A stretch of DNA of 64,000 nucleotides, from contig OZ024743.1 in assembly GCA_964016885.1 (NCBI GenBank), forward strand, positions 357,492,001 through 357,556,000, given 5' to 3'. The first letter of the stretch is position 1, and every line of letters begins with the position of its first letter. Of this stretch, positions 23,664 through 35,098 are shown piece after piece. Source of the stretch: Eledone cirrhosa. Lineage: Eukaryota. The notes beneath the pieces were generated by a model. The model worked only from the letters and a program-made list of their open reading frames with translations, had not been told where the DNA came from and ran no database searches. Made by a program: the position numbers and the translations under genes.

Positions 23664-25763
23664 ATGGCTACGAAAAAGAAATTTCATACGTCACTCCCAC
23701 TCATTCCGTCTTCTTCTTCCTCAATCATCACTACAGCAGAGAGAAGATTGTCTCTCTCCCTCCCTTCTTTAAATGTGTCTCTCTCCATCCCTTCTCTTTC
23801 GCAAGTGACGAAAGAAAAGAAAAGTCTCGTGCAAAGCGTGCAAGGTTTCTCCACGACGACGACGACAGCGACGAAACAGGTGTGCGGGAAATACGAAAAC
23901 CCAGTTCATTCGTCTGACGTCAGGAATAATAGCAGTAGCAGCCGTAATAACAACTGCAACAGTGACAATGAAAACAACAGTAGCAGCCGCAACAGCATCA
24001 CCAGCAGCATAAACAACAACAGCATTAGCAGCAGCAACACCAACAACAACCACAGCAACAGCGGCGGAGGCAGTAGTCGTAGTACCTGCAGCAACAACAA
24101 AAGTACCAGCAGCTCTGACGACAACAACAACAGCAGAGAAAAACCAATCTCATTTGCAGGTATTGCGAAAAACTTGGAAACAATCCTCATAACAAATGAG
24201 GAATTAGAGGAAGCGAAGAAGATGGTGACAAAGAACGGACACCGAGCAATCTGCAAGGCAGCGGAAAAATTTTTCGAAACCCAAGAGCACTGTACGGTCA
24301 CGTACCGTACAGTAAGTACAAAATCCCGTAGGGTGGAAAGAGCCACAGAGGCCCAAATACAAAAAGCCTTGGGGTCTGTGTGGCAGCGGAAAACGCACAT
24401 CACCCGAGGCAAAAAATATGCCACCGTAGACGTACTTTTTGCCACACCCCAGGAGGCAAAGGCCCAATCAGTAGTGACCCTAAGGAGCGAGGAAATGGTG
24501 TTGGTGCCCTCCTACTGTGGGCAAAAAATTGTGAGGGTCAAACTGACCCCCCCCCCCCCCCCCGGAATGACCCCTTCTTGGCTGGCCGCGTCTGTCCTCG
24601 TCGGAATCGAGGACAAAACAACTGTACTGCAAGTACAGAAAAAAGTAAGAGAAGATTGGGTCGGCTCCTCCATTGAGATGCTAATCCAAACCAACCAGGA
24701 GTGCATCGAAGCTATCCCGGATGTGATAGACTTCGATAACGGCACTCAACTGCCCATAAGTGTTGAGGGCAAACGCCCGAAATGCTTTCGCTGTGGATCG
24801 AAGACTCAACTCAGGGCCTTCTGCAACGAGAAGACCCTGAGAAAGGAGAAAGCCCCCCTCCTTCCGAATCCGGCTCCACGGCTACCAGCAACAGGACAAG
24901 CGGCAACCAGGAACGATAGGCCCGTGGCACCCATACCCACTCCACGGAAATCAAAAACAGCAGCAGCAGTGGAAATATTAACAACAACAACAGCAATACC
25001 AAATGCAGCTGCAACAGAGACTCCAGTGCAAACATCACCAACAACAACAAGTGAAAGAGTGGAGCTGGTACCCCTCCCCGACCTCACAGAATCAGACATG
25101 GAGTGTGAGGTGGGAGAGGGATGGCAAAAGGTCGCAAGAAGGCACAAACGCAGAAGCAGCGCATCGTCGCCTTTGAAAAGGGAGGAAAGAAATGAGAAAA
25201 GGGTAAAGTCTACTGCAAAGAGACCCACAGCAGCAACACCACCAACACCATCACCACCCACACCAGCACCACCATCACCACCGGCGACAACCCCACCGCC
25301 AACAACACCTTCAACACCACCACCACAAGCACCAACATCGCAAACACAACAACAAAACACACACACCCAACAACAACGACAAGAAAATAGCAGAACCACA
25401 CCCCACCCCCAGAAAAACAAATGCACGGCAATAAATACACACAACAAGAAACTAATGACTTACATAATTGAACACACAGACATTTCACAACAGGACTACA
25501 TAATACCAGCACCAATCAAAACGCCAACTAACATAAGACTGCTAAAAATAGCACAGAAACAATACACAAATATTAAAACGAAATTCCCCAACGCAGTTGG
25601 TTATTTCAGGGACCTAGGAGGAACCATCAATCGAAGAGTATACTCAGACATTCTCTTAGAAGAGCCGACGACCAGCCGAAGGGACGATTCAACGGTCCCT
25701 TCACCAGACGATCAAGTGAAAAGGGATGTAAAAACCATCCCTCCTCTACCAAAAGTACGGTAA
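23664..25763 (+). CDS. ORF1 type B, open (Ser/Asn-rich N-terminus, zinc knuckle with H>Q change, Pro/Thr-rich region)
   Basis: ATG 23664 to TAA 25763; CFRCGSKTQLRAFC. Confidence 0.85.
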   Translation: MATKKKFHTSLPLIPSSSSSIITTAERRLSLSLPSLNVSLSIPSLSQVTKEKKSLVQSVQGFSTTTTTATKQVCGKYENPVHSSDVRNNSSSSRNNNCNSDNENNSSSRNSITSSINNNSISSSNTNNNHSNSGGGSSRSTCSNNKSTSSSDDNNNSREKPISFAGIAKNLETILITNEELEEAKKMVTKNGHRAICKAAEKFFETQEHCTVTYRTVSTKSRRVERATEAQIQKALGSVWQRKTHITRGKKYATVDVLFATPQEAKAQSVVTLRSEEMVLVPSYCGQKIVRVKLTPPPPPGMTPSWLAASVLVGIEDKTTVLQVQKKVREDWVGSSIEMLIQTNQECIEAIPDVIDFDNGTQLPISVEGKRPKCFRCGSKTQLRAFCNEKTLRKEKAPLLPNPAPRLPATGQAATRNDRPVAPIPTPRKSKTAAAVEILTTTTAIPNAAATETPVQTSPTTTSERVELVPLPDLTESDMECEVGEGWQKVARRHKRRSSASSPLKREERNEKRVKSTAKRPTAATPPTPSPPTPAPPSPPATTPPPTTPSTPPPQAPTSQTQQQNTHTQQQRQENSRTTPHPQKNKCTAINTHNKKLMTYIIEHTDISQQDYIIPAPIKTPTNIRLLKIAQKQYTNIKTKFPNAVGYFRDLGGTINRRVYSDILLEEPTTSRRDDSTVPSPDDQVKRDVKTIPPLPKVR

Positions 25764-25798
25764 GTGGTCTTTCCCATCTTTTCCACTCTATTTTAAAC

Positions 25799-28700
25799 AT
25801 GACGTCACTCAGAATAGGCAGCATAAATGCGCGTGGCTTGGGGTCGTCATGGAAGCAGCGTCACCTGCTCAACGACCTCAGGTCACTAAACATAGATGTA
25901 GTGGCCATCAGCGAGACCAGATTCTCCGAAGCACGGGCCTTCGCACCGATCTTCGGCGGCTACGATGTGTACGCATCTCCCAGCCGTCCTGGATCGGGTG
26001 GAGGAGTTGCTGTGCTTTTTCGGAGAGGTTTGGATCTCGCCATACGGGCCATCTTCCTGGACCCAGAGGGTAAGCTGGTGGTGCTGGACGTGACCAGCGG
26101 AGACGGGCAAGCTTTCAGGCTAGTGGCCGTCTATGCCCCGACAGGAGCAGGGCGGCCTGATTTCTTCCGGCGTCTGGAGACCTTTCTTGGAACGTCCCGC
26201 TCTTTAGTGTTAGTGGGCGACTGGAACGGGATCTTAGATGCACGCTGGGACTGTGTGGGATTAGCGGATATGGGTGGAGGGTGCAAGAGCCTCACCAACC
26301 TGCTCAGGCGTTTTGAACTGTCTGACAGGTACCGATTGGATTTCCCGAATGTGCCAATGTGGACTTGGACAAACCGCATAGGGTCATTGACCAATTCTTC
26401 AATGCAAAGCACTAAGGCTGCGTTGTCAGAGCTAGGGTGCGTGCTCTCAGACACGAGGGGACGAAAGCCGTTCAATGGGCCGGAGGCGCGTCGTGGCAAC
26501 AAAGCCACGATCCGGTCTTTGGTGGACCACGACGGGCGCATGCTACTCGATCCCGGGCAAATGTGTGAAGCTTTTCAGCGACACTTCGCTCAGCTGTTCG
26601 GGGGCAGCGGGGGGCCGGGTAGAGGGATGGACTTTAGTGTCTACCTCGACGGACTGCCGCGGCTCTCGGCCACTGAGGCGAAGTGTTGCGAAAAGCCGAT
26701 AACAGCCGCTGAAGTACGGGAGGCAATGACTGGCTGCACAAGGGGTAAATCGCCTGGTTTGGATGGTCTGCCCTATGAACTTTACGTACAGATGCCAGAC
26801 TTGTTCGGAGGCCTCTTGGCGGACGTCTACTGCAACTGGCAACAGAACGGGAGAATTCCCAGTTCTGTGAGCCGAGGAGCGGTGGCACTGCTGAGAAAGG
26901 ATCCGAACAAGGGGGATAACATAGAAAATTTCCGGCCCATAACTCTGCTAAACACAGAGTTTAAGATTTTGGCCAAGGTGCTAGCAAAGAGGTTGGCGCT
27001 CGTCGTTGGTGGTCTGGTGGGAGAGGCGCAGACATGCGCCATTCCCGACAGATCCATCCACGACAACCTCCACCTCATGCGATACATCGTAGAGAGGGTA
27101 GCTAGGGAACCTGGCACGGGTGGGTCCTTGATCAATTTAGATCAGTCGAAAGCTTTCGATAGGGTCGACCATCGTTACCTAGCGGCAGTCCTGAGGGCGG
27201 CTGGCTTTGGGCCCGTCTTCAGAGGCTGGATCGCTGCCATGCACAGCGACATCTGCTCTGTAGTGAGAGTGAACGGTCACCTGTCGGAACCGTTCAACAT
27301 CATGCGCTCGGTCCGCCAAGGATGTCCCCTCTCGTCCCTCTTGTACGTATTGACTCTCGAGCCATTACTGCACAAACTGGAGACGTTGAGGGGAGTCCCG
27401 CGCGAACTAGGATGCGGAAGATCCGTGTCAGCATATGCGGACGATGTCACCGTAGTGGTGTCGAACGCCAAACACATCCAGGCGATCGGCACTACACTAA
27501 GAGAATACGAAGCGGTGACAGGAGCAATGATCAACCAGGAAAAGTCAGTGGGCCTGCAGCTCGGCACCTGGAGAGGCAGGTCCATGCCGTCCAACAGCGT
27601 CGTCGGGCGCTGGACGGACGGACCGGTTAAATTGCTAGGGGTCTGGTTCGGTCCGGACCTCCAGACGGACAAAAACTGGGACGAGGTGACGAGCAGGGTG
27701 GCTTCTCTCACCCAGAAATGGGCGGAGAGGAAGCTATCCCTGAAAGGTCGAGCGGAGGTTGCTAACGCGTACATCGCGTCTGTCATCTGCTACCGCCTAA
27801 CCGTCGTACCTTGTCCTAAGCCTCGCCTGACTGCGCTGGAGCGTTTGCTCTTTCGCTTTTTGTGGATGGGACGTGCTCCGATGGTCAGGCGGTCCATCTG
27901 TTGTCAACACCCGCTACGTGGAGGGCTGGGCATGCCGTGGCTGATGATGCGCAGGCACGCGCTCAGGCTACGACATCTCCACCTCTTCCTCGACGGTGAT
28001 CAGGTGTGGTCGCCGTTTGCTAGACGCGTTTTTCCCCAGCTCGTTTCCTTGACGGAGCTGCAGTCCTGGGTCAAGCGAAGACCGAGAGGGAGCGCCTGGA
28101 GACTGGAATGTCTTCAGGCGCTCACAGCCCTCGACCAATCGGGCAATGTGATCGGTGGAAACTCCACCTCGGCGTTCTATAGAGGATTAGTGGAGGGGAA
28201 GAGCGACGACGTACTTGGGGAAACTCTAGGCGTCGACGAAAATCAACTAGCCAATCTCTTCGGAAGAACTTTCGGGCCAGGGCCTATGGACAACTTCCAG
28301 AAATCTCTGGCCTGGCAGTGCTACCGAGGAGCCTTGCCAGTTCGGGATAAACTCTACAGGCATGGAGGTGCCGTCAGCCGGGCATGTCCGAGATGCGCGC
28401 AGGGCGACGAAACCGTCCTGCACGCACTCGTCCAGTGTCCGAAAATTGCTGACTTGTGGGTTTATGTCGAACACCTGCTGTCGCGTTTAGGACGGATCCA
28501 GCTATCATCTGAGTCTATCGTGAGGATTGCCCCGCCCTCCTCCTTTAGCCGGGAAGGGCAGGCAGTTTTTATCTGTCTGGTGGCCATGGCGAAAGAGATA
28601 GTATGGTGGACACGTTTGAAAGGGCTGAAGACGAGCACTTACCTCTTCGGTGATGCTCTGATTGACTTTTTCAAATTTCATTTGAAAAGGAAAATCAGAG

Positions 28701-28801
28701 TAGAGAAGGAAGTGCTCTCTTCCCAGCATTTTGTTGAAAGATGGGTGAGAGAAGCAAGAATGGCCCGAGTGAATGGGCCGACTCTGAGTATATATCTGTA
28801 A
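25799..28801 (+). CDS. ORF2 variant, 1000 aa: truncated APE, intact RT and CCHC
   Basis: Open frame; lacks SYLDRV and TDH motifs; YADD intact. Confidence 0.85.
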   Translation: MTSLRIGSINARGLGSSWKQRHLLNDLRSLNIDVVAISETRFSEARAFAPIFGGYDVYASPSRPGSGGGVAVLFRRGLDLAIRAIFLDPEGKLVVLDVTSGDGQAFRLVAVYAPTGAGRPDFFRRLETFLGTSRSLVLVGDWNGILDARWDCVGLADMGGGCKSLTNLLRRFELSDRYRLDFPNVPMWTWTNRIGSLTNSSMQSTKAALSELGCVLSDTRGRKPFNGPEARRGNKATIRSLVDHDGRMLLDPGQMCEAFQRHFAQLFGGSGGPGRGMDFSVYLDGLPRLSATEAKCCEKPITAAEVREAMTGCTRGKSPGLDGLPYELYVQMPDLFGGLLADVYCNWQQNGRIPSSVSRGAVALLRKDPNKGDNIENFRPITLLNTEFKILAKVLAKRLALVVGGLVGEAQTCAIPDRSIHDNLHLMRYIVERVAREPGTGGSLINLDQSKAFDRVDHRYLAAVLRAAGFGPVFRGWIAAMHSDICSVVRVNGHLSEPFNIMRSVRQGCPLSSLLYVLTLEPLLHKLETLRGVPRELGCGRSVSAYADDVTVVVSNAKHIQAIGTTLREYEAVTGAMINQEKSVGLQLGTWRGRSMPSNSVVGRWTDGPVKLLGVWFGPDLQTDKNWDEVTSRVASLTQKWAERKLSLKGRAEVANAYIASVICYRLTVVPCPKPRLTALERLLFRFLWMGRAPMVRRSICCQHPLRGGLGMPWLMMRRHALRLRHLHLFLDGDQVWSPFARRVFPQLVSLTELQSWVKRRPRGSAWRLECLQALTALDQSGNVIGGNSTSAFYRGLVEGKSDDVLGETLGVDENQLANLFGRTFGPGPMDNFQKSLAWQCYRGALPVRDKLYRHGGAVSRACPRCAQGDETVLHALVQCPKIADLWVYVEHLLSRLGRIQLSSESIVRIAPPSSFSREGQAVFICLVAMAKEIVWWTRLKGLKTSTYLFGDALIDFFKFHLKRKIRVEKEVLSSQHFVERWVREARMARVNGPTLSIYL

Positions 28802-29288
28802 ACTAAAGGTGGAAAACTGGGAGAGGGCACTTGCCTTGGTGGTCAGGGTCATTGTGGCTTTTTACTGGGCTTTCTCCACAAATGTCCCTCCGAAGTCTGC
28901 CCCCTATTGGGGAATTTTTCATTGTTATTTTTTGTTACATCCTCTGTTTTTGTTTTTTACACGCAGAAATGCCCATTTGTACCGTCCTGCATTGTCCTGC
29001 ACTGTCCTTAATGTCTACTTTATGTAAACCCTTGTGGTTAATAAAGAAATCATTATTATTATTATTATTATTATTGAATGCCATGGTTGACGGAGGCTCG
29101 GCTCTGTAAGGTATAGTAATTTTTAACCGTTAAAACAATTGTAAATTGTTTAAAACTTGAACCAAATTGTTGATAAAGACACCCTCCTCCTCGTGAGAGG
29201 GGTCTTTCTGTCCGTTATTTGGCCCTTCGGGGTTAAATAGCCAGTTATTGGGGTTTTGTACCCAAAATTTCATTTTAAACAAAAAAAC

Positions 29289-31383
29289 ATGGCTACCAAA
29301 AAAAAAAAAATTTCATACGTCACTCCCACTCATTCCGTCTTCTTCTTCCTCAATCATCACTACAGGAGAGAGAAGATTGTCTCTCTCCCTCCCTTCTTTA
29401 AATGTGTCTCTCTCCCTACCTTCTCTTTCGCAAGCGACGAAAGAAAAGAAAAGTCTCGTGCAAAGCGTGCAAGGTTTCTCCACGACGACGACGACAGCGA
29501 CGAAACAGGTGTGCGGGAAATACGAAAACCCAGTTCATTCGTCTGACGTCAGGAATAACAGCAGTAGCAGCCGTAATAACAACAGCAACAGTGACAATGA
29601 AAACAACAGTAGCAGCCGCAACAGCATCACCAGCAGCATAAACAACAACAGCATTAGCAGCAGCAACACCAACAACAACCACAGCAACAGCGGCGGAGGC
29701 AGTAGTCATAGTACCTGCAGCAACAACAAAAGTACCAGCAGCTCTGACGACAACAACAACAGCAGAGAAAAACCAATCTCATTTGCAGGTATTGCGAAAA
29801 ACCTGGAAACAATCCTCATAACAAATGAGGAATTAGAGGAAGCGAAGAAGATGGTGACAAAGAACGGACACCGAGCAATCTGCAAGGCAGCGAAAAATTT
29901 TTTCGAAACCCAAGAGCACTGTACGGTCACGTACCGTACAGTAAGTACAAAATCCCGTAGGGTGGAAAGAGCCACAGAGGCCCAAATACAAAAAGCCTTG
30001 GGGTCTGTGTGGCAGAGGAAAACGCACATCACCCGAGGCAAAAAATACGCCACCGTAGACGTACTTTTTGCCACACCCCAGGAGGCAAAAGCCCAATCAG
30101 TAGTGACCCTAAGGAGCGAGGAAATGGTGTTGGTGCCCTCCTACTGCGGGCAAAAAATTGTGAGGGTCAAACTGACCCACGTCCCCCCCGGAATGACCCC
30201 TTCTTGGCTGGCCGCGTCTGTCCTCGTCGGAATCGAGGACAAAACAACTGTACTGCAAGTACAGAAAAAAGTAAGAGAAGATTGGGTCGGCTCCTCCATT
30301 GAGATGCTAATCCAAACCAACCAGGAGTGCATCGAAGCTATCCCGGATGTGATAGACTTCGATAACGGCACTCAACTGCCCATAAGTGTTGAGGGCAAAC
30401 GCCCGAAATGCTTTCGCTGTGGATCGAAGACTCACCTCAGGGCCTTCTGCAACGAGAAGACCCTGAGAAAGGAGAAAACCCCCCTCCTCCCGAATCCGGT
30501 TCCACGGCTACCAGCAACAGGACAAGCGGCAACCAGGAACGATAGGTCCGTGGCACCCATACCCACTCCACGGAAATCAAAGACAGCAGCAGCAGTGGAA
30601 ATATTAACAACAACAACAGCAATACCAAATGCAGCTGCAACAGAGACTCCAGTGCAAACATCACCAACAACAACAAGTGAAAGAGTGGAGCTGGTACCCC
30701 TCCCCGACCTTACAGAATCAGACATGGAGTGTGAGGTGGGAGAGGGATGGCAAAAGGTCTCAAGAAGGCACAAACGCAGAAGCAGCGCATCGTCGCCTTT
30801 GAAAAGGGAGGAAAGAAATGAGAAAAGGGTAAAGTCTACTGCAAAGAGACCCACAGCAGCAACACCACCAACACCATCACCACCCACACCAGCACCACCA
30901 TCACCACCGGCGACAACCCCACCGCCAACAACACCTTCAACACCACAAGCACCAACATCGCAAACACAACAACAAAACACACACACCCAGCAACAACGAC
31001 AAGAAAATAGCAGAACCACACCCCACCCCCAGAAAAACAAATGCACGGCAATAAACACACACAACAAGAAACTAATGACTTACATAATTGAACACACAGA
31101 CATTTCACAACAGGACTACATAATACCAGCACCAATCAAAACGCCAACTAACATAAGACTGCTAAAAATAGCACAGAAACAATACACAAACATTAAAACG
31201 AAATTCCCCAACGCAGTTGGTGATTTCAGGGACCTAGGAGGAACCATTAATCGAAGAGTATATTCAGACATTCTCTTAGAAGAGCCGACGACCAGCCGAA
31301 GGGACGATTCAACGGTCCCTTCACCAGACGATCAAGTGAAAAGGGATGTAAAAACCATCCCTCCTCTACCAAAAATACGGTAA
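29289..31383 (+). CDS. ORF1 type B; +1 shift in an A13 run just after the ATG, otherwise intact
   Basis: CFRCGSKTHLRAFC knuckle intact; homopolymer at 29298-29310. Confidence 0.78.
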
Positions 31384-31418
31384 GTGGTCTTTCCCATCTT
31401 TTCCACTCTATTTTAAAC

Positions 31419-34400
31419 ATGACCTCACTCAGAATAGGCAGCATAAATGCGCGTGGCTTGGGGTCGTCATGGAAGCAGGGTCACCTGCTCAACGACCTCA
31501 GGTCACTAAACATAGATGTAGTGGCCATCAGCGAGACCAGAATCTCCGAAGCACGGGCCTTCGCACCGATCTTCGGCGGCTACGATGTGTACGCATCTCC
31601 CAGCCGTCCTGGATCCGGTGGAGGAGTTGCTGTGCTTTTTCGGAGAGGTTTGGATCTCGCCATACGGGCCATCTTCCTGGACCCAGAGGGTAAGCTGGTG
31701 GTGCTGGACGTGACCAGCGGAGACGGGCAAGCTTTCAGGCTAGTGGCCGTCTATGCCCCGACAGGAGCAGGGCGGCCTGATTTCTTCCGGCGTCTGGAGA
31801 CCTTTCTTGGAACGTCCCGCTCTTTAGTGTTAGTGGGCGACTGGAACGGGATCTTAGATGCACGCTGGGACTGTGTGGGATTAGCGGATAGGGGTGGAGG
31901 GTGCAAGAGCCTCACCAACCTGCTCAGGCGTTTTGAACTGTCTGACAGGTACCGATTGGATTTCCCGAATGTGCCAATGTGGACTTGGACAAACCGCATA
32001 GGGTCATCCAGATCATATCTAGATAGAGTATTTTGTAGGGAAATAGATAGGTCTAGCATAGGCTGTCCACAATTCAAGATAGTCAGCTACACGGACCACA
32101 AATTCGTGATCTGTGTGCTTGACTTAGATAGGCTTCATAGACGAGGACCCGGCTACTGGAAGCTAAACGCGTCCTTACCAGCGCGCAAGGCCTACAGAGA
32201 CCGGATTAGCGAACTAGTTAAGCGGGCGTTGACGGGGGCCATCGTCAACAACAAGTGGTGGTTTGCTCTGAAAAGAGCGATTAGAATAGAATCGATTAGG
32301 TTTAGTAAGGCTTTAGCAATAGAGAAAAATAGAGCAGAGGGAGAACTAGTTAGAAAATTAGACGAGGCGCTTAGCAAAGGCATTGCGACCGACGTGCTTG
32401 CGGCGAAATTGGCCCTTGACCAATTCTTCAATGCAAAGCACGAAGGCTGCGTTGTCAGAGCAAGGGTGCGTGCTCTCAGACACGAGGGGACGAAAGCCGT
32501 TCAATGGGCCCGAGTGGCGGAGGCGCGTCGTGGCAACAAAGCCACGATCCGGTCTTTGGTGGACCACGACGGGCGCATGCTACTCGATCCCGGGCAAATG
32601 TGTGAAGCTTTTCAGCGACACTTCGCTCAGCTGTTCGGGGGCAGCGGTGGGCCGGGTAGAGGGATGGACTTTAGTGTCTACCTCGACGGACTGCCGCGGC
32701 TCTCGGCCACTGAGGCGAGGTGTTGCGAAAAGCCGATAACAGCCGCTGAAGTAAGGGAGGCAATGACTGGCTGCACAAGGGGTAAATCGCCTGGTTTGGA
32801 TGGTCTGCCCTATGAACTTTACGTACAGATGCCAGGCTTGTTCGGAGGCCTCTTGGCGGACGTGTACTGCAACTGGCAACAGAACGGGAGAATTCCCAGT
32901 TCTGTGAGCCGAGGAGCGGTGGCACTGCTGAGAAAGGATCCGAACAAGGGGGATAACATAGACAATTTCCGGCCCATAACTCTGCTAAACACAGAGTTTA
33001 AGATTTTGGCCAAGGTGCTAGCAAAGAGGTTGGCGCTTGTCGTTGGTGGTCTGGTGGGAGAGGCGCAGACATGCGCCATTCCCGACAGATCCATCCACGA
33101 CAACCTCCACCTCATGCGATACATCGTAGAGAGGGTAGCTAGGGAACCTGGCACGGGTGGGTCCTTGATCAATTTAGATCAGTCGAAAGCTTTCGATAGG
33201 GTCGACCATCGTTACCTAGCGGCAGTCCTGAGGGCGGCTGGCTTTGGGCCCGTCTTCAGAGGCTGGATCGCTGCCATGCACAGCGACATCTGCTCTGTGG
33301 TGAGAGTGAACGGTCACCTGTCGGAACCGTTCAACATCATGCGCTCGGTCCGCCAAGGATGTCCCCTCTCGTCCCTCTTGTACGTATTGACGCTCGAGCC
33401 ATTACTGCACAAACTGGAGACGTTGAGGGGAGTCCCGCGCGAACTAGGATGCGGAAGATCCGTGTCAGCATATGCGGACGATGTCACCGTAGTGGTGTCG
33501 AACGCCAAACACATCGAGGCGATCGGCACTACACTAAGAGAATACGAAGCGGTGACAGGAGCAATGATCAACCAGGAAAAGTCAGTGGGCCTGCAGCTCG
33601 GCACCTGGAGAGGCAGGTCCATGCCGTCCAACAGCGTCGTCGGGCGCTGGACGGACGGACCGGTTAAATTGCTAGGGGTCTGGTTCGGTCCGGACCTCCA
33701 GACGGACAAAAACTGGGACGAGGTGACGAGCAGGGTGGCTTCTCTCACCCAGAAATGGGCGGAGAGGAAGCTATCCCTGAAAGGTCGAGCGGAGGTGGCT
33801 AACGCGTACATCGCGTCTGTCATCTGCTACCGCCTAACCGTCGTACCTTGTCCTAAGCCTCGCCTGACTGCGCTGGAGCGTTTGCTCTTTCGCTTTTTGT
33901 GGAAGGGACGTGCTCCGATGGTCAGGCGGTCCATCTGTTGTCAACACCCGCTACGTGGAGGGCTGGGCATGCCGTGGCTGATGATGCGCAGGCACGCGCT
34001 CAGGCTACGACATCTCCACCTCTTCCTCGACGGTGATCAGGTGTGGTCGCCGTTTGCTAGACGCGTTTTTCCCCAGCTCGTTTCCTTGACGGAGCTGCAG
34101 TCCTGGGTCAAGCGAAGACCGAGAGGGAGCGCCTGGAGACTGGAATGTCTTCAGGCGCTCACAGCCCTCGACCAATCGGGCAATGTGATCGGTGGAAACT
34201 CCACCTCGGCGTTCTATAGAGGATTAGTGGAGGGGAAGAGCGACGACGTACTTGGGGAAACTCTAGGCGTCGACGAAAATCAACTAGCCAATCTCTTCGG
34301 AAGAACTTTCGGGCCAGGGCCTATGGACAACTTCCAGAAATCTCTGGCCTGGCAGTGCTACCGAGGAGCCTTGCCAGTTCGGGATAAACTCTACAGGCAT

Positions 34401-34838
34401 GGAGGTGCCGTCAGCCGGGCATGTCCGAGATGCGCGCAGGGCGACGAAACCGTCCTGCACGCACTCGTCCAGTGTCCGAAAATTGCTGACTTGTGGGTTT
34501 ATGTCGAACACCTGCTGTCGCGTTTAGGACGGATCCAGCTATCATCTGAGTCTATCGTGAGGATTGCCCCGCCCTCCTCCTTTAGCCGGGAAGGGCAGGC
34601 AGTTTTTATCTGTCTGGTGGCCATGGCGAAAGAGATAGTATGGTGGACACGTTTGAAAGGGCTGAAGACGAGCACTTACCTCTTCGGTGATGCTCTGATT
34701 GACTTTTTCAAATTTCATTTGAAAAGGAAAATCAGAGTAGAGAAGGAAGTCCTCTCTTCCCAGCATTTTGTTGAAAGATGGGTGAGAGAAGCAAGAATGG
34801 CCCGAGTGAATGGGCCGACTCTGAGTATATATCTGTAA
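31419..34838 (+). CDS. ORF2, intact APE endonuclease-reverse transcriptase-CCHC (1139 aa)
   Basis: All APE motifs (N, E, Y, GDWN, D, TDH), RT motifs (QGCPLS, YADD) and CPRC-X8-H-X4-C present. Confidence 0.95.
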   Translation: MTSLRIGSINARGLGSSWKQGHLLNDLRSLNIDVVAISETRISEARAFAPIFGGYDVYASPSRPGSGGGVAVLFRRGLDLAIRAIFLDPEGKLVVLDVTSGDGQAFRLVAVYAPTGAGRPDFFRRLETFLGTSRSLVLVGDWNGILDARWDCVGLADRGGGCKSLTNLLRRFELSDRYRLDFPNVPMWTWTNRIGSSRSYLDRVFCREIDRSSIGCPQFKIVSYTDHKFVICVLDLDRLHRRGPGYWKLNASLPARKAYRDRISELVKRALTGAIVNNKWWFALKRAIRIESIRFSKALAIEKNRAEGELVRKLDEALSKGIATDVLAAKLALDQFFNAKHEGCVVRARVRALRHEGTKAVQWARVAEARRGNKATIRSLVDHDGRMLLDPGQMCEAFQRHFAQLFGGSGGPGRGMDFSVYLDGLPRLSATEARCCEKPITAAEVREAMTGCTRGKSPGLDGLPYELYVQMPGLFGGLLADVYCNWQQNGRIPSSVSRGAVALLRKDPNKGDNIDNFRPITLLNTEFKILAKVLAKRLALVVGGLVGEAQTCAIPDRSIHDNLHLMRYIVERVAREPGTGGSLINLDQSKAFDRVDHRYLAAVLRAAGFGPVFRGWIAAMHSDICSVVRVNGHLSEPFNIMRSVRQGCPLSSLLYVLTLEPLLHKLETLRGVPRELGCGRSVSAYADDVTVVVSNAKHIEAIGTTLREYEAVTGAMINQEKSVGLQLGTWRGRSMPSNSVVGRWTDGPVKLLGVWFGPDLQTDKNWDEVTSRVASLTQKWAERKLSLKGRAEVANAYIASVICYRLTVVPCPKPRLTALERLLFRFLWKGRAPMVRRSICCQHPLRGGLGMPWLMMRRHALRLRHLHLFLDGDQVWSPFARRVFPQLVSLTELQSWVKRRPRGSAWRLECLQALTALDQSGNVIGGNSTSAFYRGLVEGKSDDVLGETLGVDENQLANLFGRTFGPGPMDNFQKSLAWQCYRGALPVRDKLYRHGGAVSRACPRCAQGDETVLHALVQCPKIADLWVYVEHLLSRLGRIQLSSESIVRIAPPSSFSREGQAVFICLVAMAKEIVWWTRLKGLKTSTYLFGDALIDFFKFHLKRKIRVEKEVLSSQHFVERWVREARMARVNGPTLSIYL

Positions 34839-35098
34839 ACTAAAGGTGGAAAACTGGGAGAGGGCACTTGCCTTGGTGGTCAGGGTCATTGTGGCTTTTT
34901 ACTGGGCTTTCTCCACAAATGTCCCTCCGAAGTCTCCCCCCTATTGGGGAATTTTTCATTGTTATTTTCATTGTTATTTTTGTTACATCCTCTGTTTTTG
35001 TTTTTTTACACGCAGAAATGCCCATTTGTACCGTCCTGCATTGTCCTGCACTGTCCTTAATGTCTACTTTATGTAAACCCTTGTGGTTAATAAAGAAA

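Larger units (their letters stand above)
23448..29051 (+). mobile_element. L1/Tx1-like retrotransposon, subfamily B, copy 4 (internal deletion in EN/linker)
   Basis: Same termini as copies 2 and 5; 417 nt shorter in ORF2. Confidence 0.92.
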
